Positions 1 through 14,210 of a stretch of DNA of 64,000 nucleotides are shown here, one piece after another (positions within the stretch are counted from its first letter, which is position 1; every line of letters starts with the position of its first letter). The notes under the pieces were generated by a model. It was given only the letters and a program-made list of their open reading frames with translations, ran no database searches and was not told where the DNA came from. The translations under genes and the position numbers were made by a program. This stretch comes from Octopus sinensis (taxonomy: Eukaryota): positions 38,750,001 to 38,814,000 of the forward strand of contig NC_043009.1 of assembly GCF_006345805.1 (NCBI RefSeq), read 5' to 3'.

Positions 1-521
1 TGTCGTTACCGTCTTGCTTTTTTCCCCTCTGCGAAAAGATCTCAGATTTTAATTGATTTGCTTTTCGCGGAAGGAATTTTTCTTCGAAGTATACGTCTCG
101 CTTTTATCCTTCGAAACGTTTAGTAGATGAAATCTTAGCGATGAAGAAGGGGATTTTTCGTTGTGCTTATTGTCCTGTATCTCTCCCTTTTTTTGCTTGT
201 CTTGTTCCTTGGTTTGTGTCTATTGTGTTTCGTCTCTCTATGTGTTCGACGTCCTTTTTGGTGTCCTGTACACATATATGCGTGTATGTACATGTAGAGG
301 TAGGTACGTACATATGTTTATATATGCATATATTCTATTTTATTAACATATATATATATATACAACATACATACATACATAAATACTCTGAATTTGCATC
401 GCACTGCAAAGTATATCTCTTAAGAGTAGCAAAATGATGAAGAGGAGAAATAAGCGTATGTATAAGTAAAGATCAAGACTGTACCTTTATGTGAGCATAG
501 ATGTGTCATGTATGTGTATTA

Positions 522-596
<75 letters not shown>

Positions 597-849
597 TTTA
601 AATTATTTATTGTTGAAATATTTTTAAAAACATTTTTTTATGCTACAAATAGACGTTATTAGTCATCTCCTGTAGAATATGCATACATTTACCGAAGTAA
701 AAGCGTATTTCTTATAATTAATGAAACAACATTTACCGTTTTGTAAAATTCTTTGCCTCCATAGACTGGTTTCCTTTCATTCTCATTTCTTAATCATCAC
801 TATCGTTTCCAATCACTACCATTTCCAATCACTATTCAAACAGCCTGTA

Positions 850-864
850 CCGTCGTCATCGTCA

Positions 865-906
<42 letters not shown>

Positions 907-1452
907 TCATCGTTATCGTCACCACCGTCACCAGCGCCACCACTACCACGAACACCACTACTGACAATAACAACAACACCAACACCTCCACCAACACCAA
1001 CACCAACACCAACACCAACATCAGTACCAGCACCAGCACCAAGACCAGTACCATTATCACTACTACCTGCTGCATCACCACGCCACCACAACTACCAAAA
1101 CCACCACCACCACCACCACCACAACCGCAACCCTCACGTGATAATCGTCCTCGTCAGCATCATCATCGTCATCATCATCATCGTCGTCGTCGTCGTCATC
1201 ATCATCATCATCATCATTATCGTCGTCGTCATCATCATCATCATCATCATCATCGTCGTCGTTGTCATCATCATCATCATCATCAACACTACCACCGCCG
1301 ACGCCAACACCACCACCACCACCACCAGCTTCATCACTACCACAACAACCACCATCCCCACCAGCTCCCACCAGCATCCCCACCACCATCCCCACCTGCA
1401 CCAGCACCACTACCACTGTGTCACAATTCTCCGTCGCAGTCGTCGTCGTCAT
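850..1452. repeat. Mosaic trinucleotide microsatellite (TCG/TCA/CCA/ACC)
   Basis: Continuous low-complexity triplet runs; they explain the poly-S/D/I/T/H ORFs in all frames. Confidence 0.95.
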
Positions 1453-2058
1453 TATCAGTACAAAATGCAATATATATATATTTTTACATAGGAAAAGAAT
1501 TGTCTAATTTTAAAATATGTTCAGAGATGGAATTTTAATGTATTCAGATTTTTCCATGCTCTATGTAAAAATATATATAAAAAGTTATGTTGACTTGATG
1601 TTCTTTCTGTGCAGTATAATTCCATCTTATCTTCTTTTTGTTTTGTTTTGTTTGGAAAAATCCATTTGTCTTCGTAAACCCCAGCTTGAAAGTCTTGTAA
1701 CATCGTGGATACTTTTCTTGTTCCATTATTTGTTTTCTCTCAAACATGTTAAACATTTATTTTGAAAATGGCAGCTAAATCTTAAAACTAACAGAGCACG
1801 CGTTTCTAACTGCTTGCGGGAACATTATTTACATTTAGTTAGAAACGCATAGGTGTATTTTTAATATATCTAGCTGAATACATATATTTATATTATGTTT
1901 TTCATATTATATATATATATATATATATAGATATATATATAGATATATATATATATATATATATAGATATATATAATATATATATATATATATATAGATA
2001 TATATATAGATATATAGATATATATACATATATTTATATTATGTTTTTCATATATATA

Positions 2059-2093
<35 letters not shown>

Positions 2094-2839
2094 CAGAGAG
2101 AGAGAGAGATGGGGGGGGGAGAGAAAGAGAGAGATTTACTTATTTGGTTATATTTACAATTATGGTTTTTATGGAGGAACAGGTTTATGTATGTGATTTT
2201 ATGGAAGCCATATTTAGATTTACATCAGGATTATGAATGAAAATCTGTAAATATAGAACTCATAATTGATATGTTTCGTTATTCAAAACTTTGAGAAATT
2301 GAAAACGGCGATATTTTTTCTTATTTTCATTTGATTTTCCCATGTACAAGGTTACAGATTTGAGATTGAAAAGCGTTGTTGCTGTTGTGTAGATGCCGTT
2401 ACCTAAGACATGTCGTGAACGAGGAGCGATGTGATAAACCGGATGTAGAAATATTTTCCTGAAATTATTTTTAGCAATTCTTATTTTGTTAATGATGTTT
2501 GTTTTTCTCACCAATTACTTAATGAAGCTTTTATCTCACTTACTAAATCATATTGTGGGTACATCTGAATACGTGAAATGTTTGTTGATTAAACTATAAG
2601 TAACTGAGAACCAGACGGTGATAATGCGGTTAATATTCTGTATAGTCTCGCGTATTTTAAGTGCTATGATGATATAAAAGTAGAGATTAAAGGGAGAACA
2701 AAAACAGAAAAGAAAATTAGATGAGGAATGGTGGTTCATAACACTGACGGTGTGACTGGAAAAGTTGAGTGGGTTGGTAATGTGCATTTAGAGGAAGCGG
2801 TGTACACTCACCCCGCTGAGAGGAGTAAATGCGATCACA

Positions 2840-2873
<34 letters not shown>

Positions 2874-3055
2874 GGTGGTGGTGGTAGTAGTAGTAGTAGT
2901 ATTAGTATTAGTATTAGTAGTAGTAGTAGCAGCAGCAGCAGTAGTAGTAGTAGTAAGTGGAGGGGAGGAAGGGAGGAGAAGAAGAACAAAGAATGAAAGA
3001 AAGAAAGTAAGAAAGACAGAAAGAAAGAAAGAAAACCAGGAAGGAAGAAAGAAAG

Positions 3056-3515
3056 ATGATCTCGACAAAAGAATTTGATAAGCTCAAAAAAAATATATAT
3101 TTACTTATCGAAATCGAAAAGATGTGGTATCTCAAGACGGTTACAATACCAATGATTGTAGGAGCATTTGGAATGATCAAAAAAGGAACTGAATATTATT
3201 TAAGAATGATCCCTGGCTTACCATTCATACGGGAAGTGCAAAAGATTGTCTTAACTGGTACGTCACAGATATTGAGAAGAGCATTGTCGCTGTGAATTTT
3301 CCCTCCCTTTTCCCCACTTTATTTTACTTGTGTACTCTTATATTTTTTTATTTTTACTTTTCCCTCTGCATTCCCCATTTTCTCTATCACATGACTTTGA
3401 AAATGAACAATCAGGTGTGTTGATTTTAACGGCCTACCAATATATACAGTACGTTTCTCTGTCCTATGTGTCAAGAAGGCACTCAGCAAGAAATGGAAAC
3501 AGAATCGAAAGATGC
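3056..3515 (+). mobile_element. 5'-truncated R4/Dong-like non-LTR retrotransposon (RLE endonuclease C-terminus + 3' UTR)
   Basis: KEFDKLKK..LLIEIEKMWYLKTVTIPMIVGAFGMIKKG..VQKIVLTGTSQILRRALSL* fits the K-x-x-KY...IPVVIGALG...QK..L.GT..ILR pattern of the RLE C-terminus; ~220 bp UTR runs into (TAA)n at 3516. Confidence 0.85.
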
Positions 3516-3555
<40 letters not shown>

Positions 3556-3559
3556 GATG

Positions 3560-3595
<36 letters not shown>

Positions 3596-3888
3596 GCGTT
3601 TAACCAGAGAACATCTACAGCAGCAGCAACAACAACAACAGCAATAATAGTAATAATAATCATAATCATAATAATATAAATATAGATATATATAACATAC
3701 AGAAAATTGCGCTCCTAGGCACTGCACACATCCTACGTAAAACACTCTCAATACAGTAATCATAAGAGCATTACAACAAACCACGGTAAATACCCAAGAT
3801 ACACAGAACTGCACTCGGTAGTGAAGTGAAAGCACAGTATAAAAATAAAACTACTGAATAATAATAATAAATAATAATAATAATAATA

Positions 3889-3934
<46 letters not shown>

Positions 3935-3989
3935 TAATAATAATAATAATATTAATAATAAAATAAAATAATAATAATATTAATAATAA

Positions 3990-4041
<52 letters not shown>

Positions 4042-4043
4042 TA

Positions 4044-4093
<50 letters not shown>

Positions 4094-4113
4094 TAATAAT
4101 AATAATAATAATA
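3516..4113. repeat. (TAA)n / (TGA)n microsatellite array interrupted by LINE ends
   Basis: Direct inspection. Confidence 0.95.
3691..3857 (+). mobile_element. Second R4/Dong-like LINE 3' end
   Basis: YNIQKIALLGTAHILRKTLSIQ* (3691-3759), ~100 bp UTR, then (TAA)n. Confidence 0.8.
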
Positions 4114-4510
4114 ACGTTTAACGAGAGAACACTGGGGATGTTTAACATGCAAGAGCGATAAAACACAGCTCCGAAACCGATCCAAAAACATCGCAAATAA
4201 AGACAGCAAATGGAGCCTAAAATAACTGACAAAGTGTTTGACTATATCCGAGTAAGTAATACTCATTAAAATTTATTTCTAATTTCCGAATGAAACGATG
4301 TATTTTAACACATTTTCATATTTCAAAATAACATTAAGTAATGTATAAACAAGCGCACGCACACACATAAGCGAATCGAATAAAAACAAACTACAAAAAC
4401 TAGTCATTGCGGACAAAAGCATTAAACAAATATATACCGCCCACGGAAAAAATAGGGGTGGATATCTGTTTTTTTGTTTGTTACTTTGTCTTGTTTGACT
4501 ACATTTCGTT

Positions 4511-4822
4511 AAATATGACAGGTTAGCTTGGGAGGTTAAGCAGTAGTGGTCACTGAAAAAGGTGGTAGTAGTATCAATAATTGTCGGAAACCTTGTGAGT
4601 AAGAATCTTGAGAAGTACATGGAACAAATAGGGGCTGTAATAAGAGTGGAGCACTTGCACTTGCAGAAAACAGAACCGCTTGGAACCGCTCGAATACTCC
4701 TGATGGTGCTCGAAAAATAAGGAGTATTACCTTAGTTCACTGATAGTTAACAGCTGGTACCATAATACATCTCCAGCCTTAGAAACTGTGCAAAGACATT
4801 AAAACAACAACACAACAACAAC

Positions 4823-4875
<53 letters not shown>
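4511..4875 (+). mobile_element. Third R4/Dong-like LINE 3' end (contains an in-frame stop)
   Basis: KYDRLAWEVKQ*WSLKKVVVVSIIVGNL..LQKTEPLGTARILLMVLEK* (4511-4720), UTR, then (CAA)/(TAA)n tail. Confidence 0.8.
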
Positions 4876-5283
4876 AAGGACGATCAGAACTGTGCATAGA
4901 ACCTAATGTTGGATATTTTGATATGTATATGAGGATAATTTTCTTGGTATATTTATATCAATCTTTACCAAATTTATTAACCTTTGTATGTGGAAATGTA
5001 ACACGTTTGGTACTTTCTTCTGAGCGATTAGATTTTGTTTCCATGAATATTTGTGGTGAATATTCAACTGCCTCAAAAACATGAAGCCGCCAACTGTAAA
5101 TGTTTTCTGTAGTATGGCTCACTTTACCATCGGACAACTTGCCAGAAATCCTAGCCAATACTTTCCAACCCTTTGTCATAAAAACACACCTGAGGCTGCT
5201 CCTTGGTTCTATAACATCAGCTTCCTGTTTTAAAGTGATCGAATTCAAACGTTTCCATTAAAATTTCATGTTATGTTCCATGT

Positions 5284-5550
5284 AAATAGAAAAAAAATAA
5301 ATGCGCCTTTTTTAAAGCATAGCCAGGCTCATGGGCCCGGTTTACCGGTTTCAATGGCGGATGTGTTCCCCAGCTGGACGGAACGCCAGTCCATTGCAGC
5401 GTTACTCATTTTTGCCAGCTGTGTGAACTGGAGCAACGTGAAATGAAGTGTTTTGCTCAAGAACACAATGTGTCGCCCGATCCAGGAATCGAAACCACAA
5501 TCTTACCATCATGATGCTGACACCATAACCACTAAGCCACGCGCCTCCAC
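5284..5550 (-). mobile_element. tRNA-derived CORE-like SINE (group A)
   Basis: A box TGGCTTAGTGG and B box GTTTCGATTCC on the minus strand; CORE-like TTGAGCAAAACACTTCATTTCACGTTGCTCCAG; 13-bp TSD ttatgttccatgt at 5271 and 5551. Confidence 0.9.
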
Positions 5551-5939
5551 TTATGTTCCATGTGCCAGCTTTATAATGAAGAAATTATTTTACTAACTTC
5601 AAATTAATACAAGCAAAGTCATATTTTCAAAGAATTATATCAACAAATGAGTGAAATACTACCATATCATCTCAACAAAAGGAAGAAACCATTGGCAATG
5701 CTGTACAGAATACTTGTAGGGAAATACTGTGTTCACAGCTGTAATGGTTTTGGCCATAGGGCTGCCTAATCATTATTAACCATGAGTCAAACAAAAATAA
5801 GAAAACTGGAAAGCTAATGATTTAGCATTGATAATAGTAACTGTGAGGATTTTTTAGTCTGTGAGTGGTGGAGAGGAGTGTAGTGCCAACTATTTGAAAT
5901 CCCTACAGAATGATATTGTTCCAAACATCCTCATTAAGA

Positions 5940-6095
5940 CGCGGGTGTGGCTGTGTGATTGGAAATCTGCTTTTCAGCCACGTGGTTTCGAGTTACTCAC
6001 ACTGCGTGGTACCTTAGGCAAGTGCCTCCTAAAAGCTTCGGGCTAACCAAAGCCTTGTGAGTGGATTAGATAGACGAAACTGAAAGAAGGCCGTC

Positions 6096-6184
<89 letters not shown>

Positions 6185-6426
6185 CATCTATTTATCTATC
6201 TGTGCGTGCGCGCGTGTATGTAGTTTCTATGTTCCTCAACACCGCTTGACAACCGTTATTGGTGTGTTTATTTTCCCGTAAATTAACGGTTCGCCAAATG
6301 GGGCCGATAGAATAAATACCAGGCTAAAAAAAATAATAATGGGGTCAATTAGTTCGAGTGAAATTCATCAAGGGGGTGCTCCAGCATGGCTGCAGTCTAA
6401 TGACTGAAACAATTAAAAGATAAAAG
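5940..6426 (+). mobile_element. tRNA-derived SINE group B with an internal (TATC)n
   Basis: Homologous to copies at 25682, 26741 and 59159; ends in gactgaaac..aaaaga. Confidence 0.85.
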
Positions 6427-6599
6427 AGATTAATATTTTCGAACACCAGTCCAAGTATTGAGAAATATCTTTCTAATGGGCGTTGCTGAAGTCAGAAAGG
6501 AAAAAAAGGAAAGTTGAAGTACAACGTGGAGAGTATGACATCGTGTGTCTAGATATAGAAGACAGCTAAAAGCTTAAAGTAAGAAAATATACCAGGAGT

Positions 6600-7400
6600 A
6601 ACGAGCTTTGCTGTAAGATTTTGGCAATAGCCTTTTACAACAGAAGTCCGAAACATATTGAAAGTTGTCTCCCGTTGCTCCATAGATGATGCACAAGCAG
6701 TCATACTACTTTAAGCAGATCTTTTTCTTTTCGTTTTTATAAAACTGATGGAAACCAAGGGTGTTCGAGCTACTTTTAATGCATTTTTATTTTATGTTAA
6801 TTACCTTAATTACACCGGTATATAAAATTATCTGATGTTTACTTTCAGCAATTTACTGCATCTGTGAGCACCAGAAAATTTTCAAAAATTTCATAGATGA
6901 TTTTTTAAAAATTAGTAACAAAGGTTTATGACAACAAAATGAAAAATTTAGGGCAACAACATCATTATTACCTGAAATAATAAAACATAGTTCTAAATTA
7001 GAAACAGTTCCATATATATTAACTTAATACGTAAATCAAAGGTTAATCTATTATGATTCCATAAAATATTTATTTTTACAGTTCTTTTATCAAAAACGAG
7101 TAATGATGTTTGTCATTAGATACTGAGATAATATATTTTTACGACCATTGATCCATATATACGATATTTTTATGAGAGATTTTGTGAGAAGAGTTCATTT
7201 TCCGAGCTGAATTGTACGATGTGTTTAAGGTCTTAATTACATAGCTTTGGCAACCTCGGAAAATGTCAGCTCACTCATAAACATTTAAAATAGAGGTTAA
7301 ATGTTTCTCTCGTGAGAAATAACTGCTGCAATAATATTCCTGAAATTTGAGAATACATTTAGGCTTTCTTAACTCATAAAGATTCTTTAGCCAGTTACGC
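6600..7400 (+). pseudogene. Possible highly decayed hAT (Charlie/GTF2IRD2-like) transposase
   Basis: VVSRCSIDDAQA (~6664) resembles VCTDGAPAM; YCICEHQK (~6854) resembles HCIIHQE; RLNVSL (~7294) resembles LNLSLQG; correct order but many stops. Confidence 0.35.
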
Positions 7401-8345
7401 TATGATGGATGTGTTTAGAGATATATCTAACTAGTCACGGAATAATAAGGTTTTGATATAATTTGTAGTTCCTAACACAATAGAGTAATCTATATGCTAA
7501 AAGAAGTGAGCTATATTCAGCAACATCGTCATATATTTCAAACAATTGTGAAAATTGTGCGCTGTATGATCCTCAACAAATATTTTCCAATCGTTTTTAA
7601 GACTTCCTTGAAAGGATTTCATGATCTTTCGTTTTAAATTTTAAAAATACAAATAATTATATATATAAATAAATATAATCAATTTTTGAAAGATAACTTC
7701 AATTCTTACAAGTCTTCTGGATAAAATTTAATAACAATTAACTGATTAAAGAAAGCAGAAATACAAAAACAAATAAGACCAAAACAAAACAAAAGAACAA
7801 AATAATGCATGAATCATTGGCCAATCGTTTAAGACGTTCTTTGGCTTGAAGCAATGACTGTCATATTGGCACCAATGTTTCACACATTACAGCAAGTGTC
7901 CGTTTTCCCCTTTCGGCTTAGGATCCGCTGAAAATGCATTTTACAACCCGACTGTTTTAAATTCATTTAATTAAAGCTGTGAGATTTCAAATACTGAAAA
8001 ATAGTAATAGTGTTATGTAATTTACAGAATAATAATATATTAAAGAAAATTTAGAAACTATCGTATGTCATATACATGCATGCATACATATATTTATATA
8101 CATTCGTGTGTATGTGTGTACTTTCATATACGTATGCATATATGTATATGACCTACGTTATACACTTAAATATACATGTTTACATAGGTACATGCATACA
8201 TACATACATACATCCACACACATATATACATTTATCTATATTCTGTAGATGTAATGAACGTTAAAAAGGATATCACAAGAGGAAGACACTTTCACGAACC
8301 AAGACAAGGTATTAGCTTAACGCTTTAATGAAAAGACAATGTACA

Positions 8346-8378
8346 TTAACGTTTCGAACATTAGTCATTCATCAGAAG
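8346..8378 (-). ncRNA. Degenerate minimal hammerhead motif in a Penelope-like terminal fragment
   Basis: Minus strand: tt CTGATGA atgac taat gttc GAAAC GTT aa; same layout as the 39509 copy. Confidence 0.5.
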
Positions 8379-8814
8379 AAATATAAGAGAATCATAGAGG
8401 AAGTTAGAAAGATATCTCGAAACAAAGAAATTAAGCGGATATCTAGAAACCAGATGAAAATGATATTCTATGAGATGAGTGGAAGAAGCATGTATAACAG
8501 TGTATCGGTGTCTGAAAGGAGACATGGTGCGGGGAGGGATGTCGTGTTAGGCGTGTATACGTATGTGCATACATTTGTGGAAAGGTGGAATGTGTAGTGG
8601 ATGTATGGAAGTTGGTATATTTGTGTAATCGTTCGTGCTGTGAGAACTTGTACTTAAGGAAGTAAAAGCGGGTAGCGGGTGAGGGTGTTAAGTAAATAAA
8701 GATATTGGTGAAGCAAATGGAATGACATGAGAAATGCAGAAATTGTTGCTGGTGAATGTGTAAACGCCAGGAGTAACTAGGTATGTGAAATATGTATCTG
8801 TATATAAATTTCTC

Positions 8815-8980
8815 TATGTATGTATGTATGTATGTATGTATGTATGTATGTATGTATGTATGTATGTATGTATGTACGTATGTATGTATGTATGTATGTA
8901 TGTATGTATGTACGTATGTATGTATGCATGTACGTATGTATGTATATATGTATGTATGTATGTATGTGTGTATGTATGTT
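8815..8980. repeat. (TATG)n microsatellite
   Basis: Direct inspection. Confidence 0.95.
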
Positions 8981-9050
8981 TGTAAGCATCGATCGATCTA
9001 TCTATCTTTCCCTCTTTCTCTCTTTTGCTTTATACATATATGTATGTATA

Positions 9051-9086
<36 letters not shown>

Positions 9087-10276
9087 GGAGGGAGGGAGGG
9101 AGAGAGAAACCATCTTCTTTCTCCTGTTGGCTTCCGAATGTTTGAGGAGTATGTCATGTTCTTTCCTTGTCAACAAAACTTTAAGGCGAGGAGCTAAGTC
9201 GACCTTATAAGTCAATAAATACTACTCAAATTATATGTATTTGAACACCCACTCGTATACGCACACAAAAACACACATGCATACTCACAAACACACATGC
9301 ACACTCACATAAATATACAATCATATATGAAATCGCATTTGTTCAAATATTTCTCATTTCCAATATCCTAATATTCATGTACATTGATCTTTCCTTTACA
9401 GAAATTTAACCAAGATACTCTACGCATCACATATATTTGCCAGAAATATTTATATACATATATTTTCATACTTGTCCTTGTTAATAAGCGTAACCAGATT
9501 GTATGCATTTCTAAAGGACTATCGCTAAGACCATTAACGTAATAAGGAAAGAATCCAAAATTTGTTACAGTTTATAGAATTCTGAGCTGTATTATGGATA
9601 AAAGCATTAGTTCATGGAAATATTAGCAATTCATTTGTAATTATCTGTAATTACTTGAACTTTTTCATCAAGAAAATGCATTTTAATGGACTGTTTTCAG
9701 GCCCTACCAATTAGAAGAATGGAATACCAAGCGTCTTATTAATTTTAGAATTGACTGAAGAGATTGGAAACAGTAAGTCTTCAGGCAAAACTAGTTTCTG
9801 TGTAATAGTAGTATGGTCCTATCTTGGCGGGTGTTGTATTAAAGAATCATGTAAATGAATAGGAAAGATGGACATTTTGTGTCATATAGGTGTAATTAAA
9901 GCAATGTCGATATACATACGCACACAGACGCACATACACACAAACACACATACACAGACAGACAGGTACACACGCACACACACACATACATACACACACA
10001 AACCTATGCATATATATGTATATGCGAGCAAAACGCCCCCCGTCCAATCGACAGTGCTGAGTTGTCAAACATTTAAACCAAATTTTCTGAAAACAACTTG
10101 TCCGTCCGTCCCTGTGAGAAACACTGATTGAACCTAAATTCGAGACACCAGCAAAAGAAGAAATAAAGATAGACTTTTTTCTATTCCAAAGAAAAACGAT
10201 TTCCCACGGTTTTATCGATCGAGATCCTAGACGCCACACACACACACAGAACGGATTTTATATTAGAGAATATATA

Positions 10277-11164
10277 CAGGGTGTTCCAAAAGTCACTGAG
10301 GGGTTTCTAATTTTAGTATCTTCCCTAAGTTTAGAAATAAATGCAGGACATTTTGATACAATATAAAGAACATAATGGAAATTAATATGCACAAGTCAAA
10401 TTTTGCAACACAACTACATCACATATGAAAAATAACAAGGCTTAAATGGCAGCTATTCTCGGCTTCGCACGCCTGTGCTCTTTCCAAAACTTGCACCATA
10501 ACATCCTCAAGAGTTTCAGACCACACTTCTCTAATTTATCTATTGGTGTTCTCCTTCAGTTGCACCAGGGTCTCCGGTTTGTTGACGTAAACCTTCTCTT
10601 TCAGATATCCCCACAAGAAAAAAATCCAGGCTAGTCAAGCCTGGGGAACGTGAAGGCCATTCAAAGAAGACCTCACACATGGTTCCAGCAAGATGGGACA
10701 ACTGATTATACGGCAAGAGAAGCAATGCAGTTACTACGGAGGTACTTTGGTGAGAGAGTAAAATCCCGCTACGGCAATGTCAACTGGCCTTAACGTTCCC
10801 CAAACTTGACTAGCACGGATTTTTCTTGTGGAGATACTTGAAAGAGAGGGTTTACGTCAACAAACCGGGGACCCTGGTGCAACTGAAGGAGAACATCAAT
10901 AGAAAAATTAGAGAAGTGGGATCTTAAAATCTTGAGGGTGTTGTGGTGCAAGTTTTGGAAAGAGCACGGGCGTGCGAAGCCGAAAATGGCTGCCATTTAA
11001 GCGATGTTATTTTTCGTTTGTAATGTAGTGGTCTTGCAAAATTAGACTTACGTATATTAATTTCCATATGTCCTTTATATTGTATTAAAATATCATGTAT
11101 TTATTTGTAAACTTAAGGAAGTTATTAAAAATTAAAATCCATCAGTGACTTTTGGGACACCTTA
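10277..11164 (+). mobile_element. Non-autonomous fold-back Tc1/mariner-superfamily element, DD41D (rosa-type), with ~380-bp inverted arms
   Basis: TA-flanked ends CAGGGTGTTCCAAAAGTCACTGA / TCAGTGACTTTTGGGACACCTTA; arms 10277-10659 and 10785-11164; + strand reads MWFQQDG...WP*RSPNLTSTDF..YLKERVYVNKP..GCHLSDVIF with 41 residues between the last two catalytic Asp. Confidence 0.9.
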
Positions 11165-11376
11165 TATATGCGGTATTAAATAAAAAAATTAAATAAAAAA
11201 ATCTGAAAGATAAATCTGAGATTAAATAAACATTTAATCCACATTAGAGCTACAAAATAGTTTTTCTTGGACACAAGCACTCACGTACACACCACACGCA
11301 TATGTATACACGTTGGTTTATGCCGGAAAAATGAGAGAGGAGTGCTTAATATATGTGGAGGTATTGCTTTTGGTGT

Positions 11377-11419
11377 TTTCATCTGAAGATCGCAGTTGCA
11401 TGAAACGCTAGTCGTGAAA
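11377..11419 (+). ncRNA. Minimal hammerhead motif with a weak stem II
   Basis: tttcat CTGAAGA tcgcagttgcat GAAA c gcta g TC gtgaaa; 6-bp stem I; (TA)n begins ~35 bp downstream. Confidence 0.55.
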
Positions 11420-12167
11420 CAAACTCTTAGATTCAGTGTTTCTTTCTTTAAGATATATATATATATATATATACCGAAAATATTACGTTTGTTTGATACA
11501 CAGACGCTAAATTATTTCTTTCCGTCCCAGAATGACACACCAGACATCAGTTATATGTACTACAAAATCCGTTTACTGCATTACGGTACTGCACATGATA
11601 CCCACAATTCATTGTTCATCTCTACAGAAGATTATCTGCAAAAAAAATGAGAAAAAAATTATCAAAAACAACGATAAAAAAAGGAAACCACAACATGTTT
11701 TATATATACTACAAGCAAATAAAAAGATGGAGAACGCAAAATATTTATCAAAACAAAGGTAAGATAAAAAATATATTTAAAAATTGATGGGATTAGGAAA
11801 TCTGCCAGGGAATGAAAAGAATGTAGAAACAAAGATATACAATGTATATACCAAAAATAAAAGAACACTTCGCCTGCTTTCGTTATAGGTAGTTCTATGT
11901 TTCTAGGCTGAGAATTATTATAACATTGTGTTTAGTGGAACCTATTCAAGTAGAAAACCCTACAACCAGACATCTATAGCAGTTTGATACCATCAAACAC
12001 CTACCTACGTGTACTTATCTTCAAACGTGCCTGCTTACGCTTACATGACCAAACACACAAATGCGAGCTGCCCAATAAACATAAAACCATGCATCTGCTA
12101 TTTTTTTTTCTTCTCCACAGTGAGGCATTGCGTCTTTCTCACGCACATGGCATTGCATTTGTCTGGA

Positions 12168-12252
12168 AATATATATATATACATACACACATACATATAT
12201 ACATATATACATACATACATACATATACACACTCACACACACACATATATAC

Positions 12253-12297
<45 letters not shown>

Positions 12298-12701
12298 TGC
12301 GTATATATATATAATATACATATATATATAATATATATATATGCATACGTATATATAAGTACATATGTGTGTGTTTGTGCTTCTGCGGTATATGTATATA
12401 TATATATATATAATAATATATAATATATATATATATTATATATATATATATATATATTATATATGTATATACACATACACGCACACACACATATACATAT
12501 ATAAATATATATACATATATATATATATCCATATATATATTTATGTGCGCGTGTGTGTGAATATATATATATATACTTACAAAGAGTAGCATATATATAT
12601 GTGTGCACGTATGTATGTGCGTTACGATTCCGACAAAAAGGAAAGTGGTAATTGGAAAAAGGTGAGTATATGTATATTTCATGGGAATGGAAACATTCAC
12701 A

Positions 12702-12755
<54 letters not shown>

Positions 12756-13680
12756 TACACAAACTCATACACATAAACACACACACCCAAACACACACGC
12801 AAATACACCCACATAACAGTGTGCATGTATACATGCATAGTATATATATATATATATATGCGTATATATGAACACGAGTATATATATACTCACACACACA
12901 CACACATATATAATATATACATATATATACCTATGCATATATGTATATATATATATATATATTATATATATACACACATATACATATATGTATATGTATA
13001 TTTATATATACATAACATATATACCCTAGATACATATATATATGATATATATATATATATATATATGCACATATATATGCACATGTATCTGCACATACAT
13101 GATATAGAGTGCAGTAGAGAGGAAGCAATGTATTATTATTCATTGGTTTGTAACATGCCAAGCAACGAGGCTAAATAAGAAAATAAACACGAAAAATATA
13201 TTCGCGATGTATCACTGCATGTAAGTGCAATGTTTATGTGAGTCTACGTAGATGCATTGATGTATACAGAATTCATTTGTTTGCCAATATACACACATGT
13301 CCTCATACATATGTATAATACATTTATCTCATCACTGTTTCCAAATGTATGCGTCCATCCATATGCAAAATACGCATGTTTATGTACGTGTGTACTTGTA
13401 TGTGTTTATGAATAGCTTTATATATATATATGTATATATATATTATATATATATATATATATATACCATTATGCATTTGTTATATATACACTATATATAT
13501 AAATGTATATATATATATATATATATACATATATACACCACATATATATGTATATATATATATATACATATGTATATATAATATGTGCTTATGCACCACA
13601 CACTGACATTGCACATATCTATAACTGAAAACTTCTAACTTGCTCTTTCTCTCTACTTCTCTCTCTTTATATGTGGTGTG

Positions 13681-13718
<38 letters not shown>

Positions 13719-13778
13719 GCATATATACATATATATATTTAATTATATATATATATGCGTATATATATATATATACGC

Positions 13779-13835
<57 letters not shown>

Positions 13836-13996
13836 CTATATATATATATATATATATATACCACATATATATGTATATATATATATATACATATGTATAT
13901 ATATAATATGTGCTTATGCACACACACACTGACATTGCACATATCTATAACTGAAACTTCTAACTTGCTCTTTCTCTCTACTTCTCTCTCTTTATA

Positions 13997-14045
<49 letters not shown>

Positions 14046-14109
14046 GCATATATATACATATATATATTTAATTATATATATATATGCGTATATATATATA
14101 TATATACGC

Positions 14110-14140
<31 letters not shown>

Positions 14141-14210
14141 CATATATATGTCTCTTGAGGAGACCCCTACATATCTGTATGCTTGTGTGTATACACACAC
14201 ACACACACAC
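12168..14210. repeat. Large (TA)n/(CA)n compound microsatellite field containing a ~325-bp tandem duplication
   Basis: Unique ~100-bp core atatgtgcttatgca...ctctctctttatatg occurs at ~13581 and ~13906. Confidence 0.9.

Noticed and set aside
721-1491. 256-aa ORF with an apparent Pro-rich region and transmembrane stretch
   Set aside because: Built from triplet microsatellites that are open in several frames on both strands; no domain signal
9753-9784. CTGAAGA..GAAA resembling a hammerhead
   Set aside because: No stem II forms between the core boxes; it is a simple ctgaaga/tcttcag hairpin
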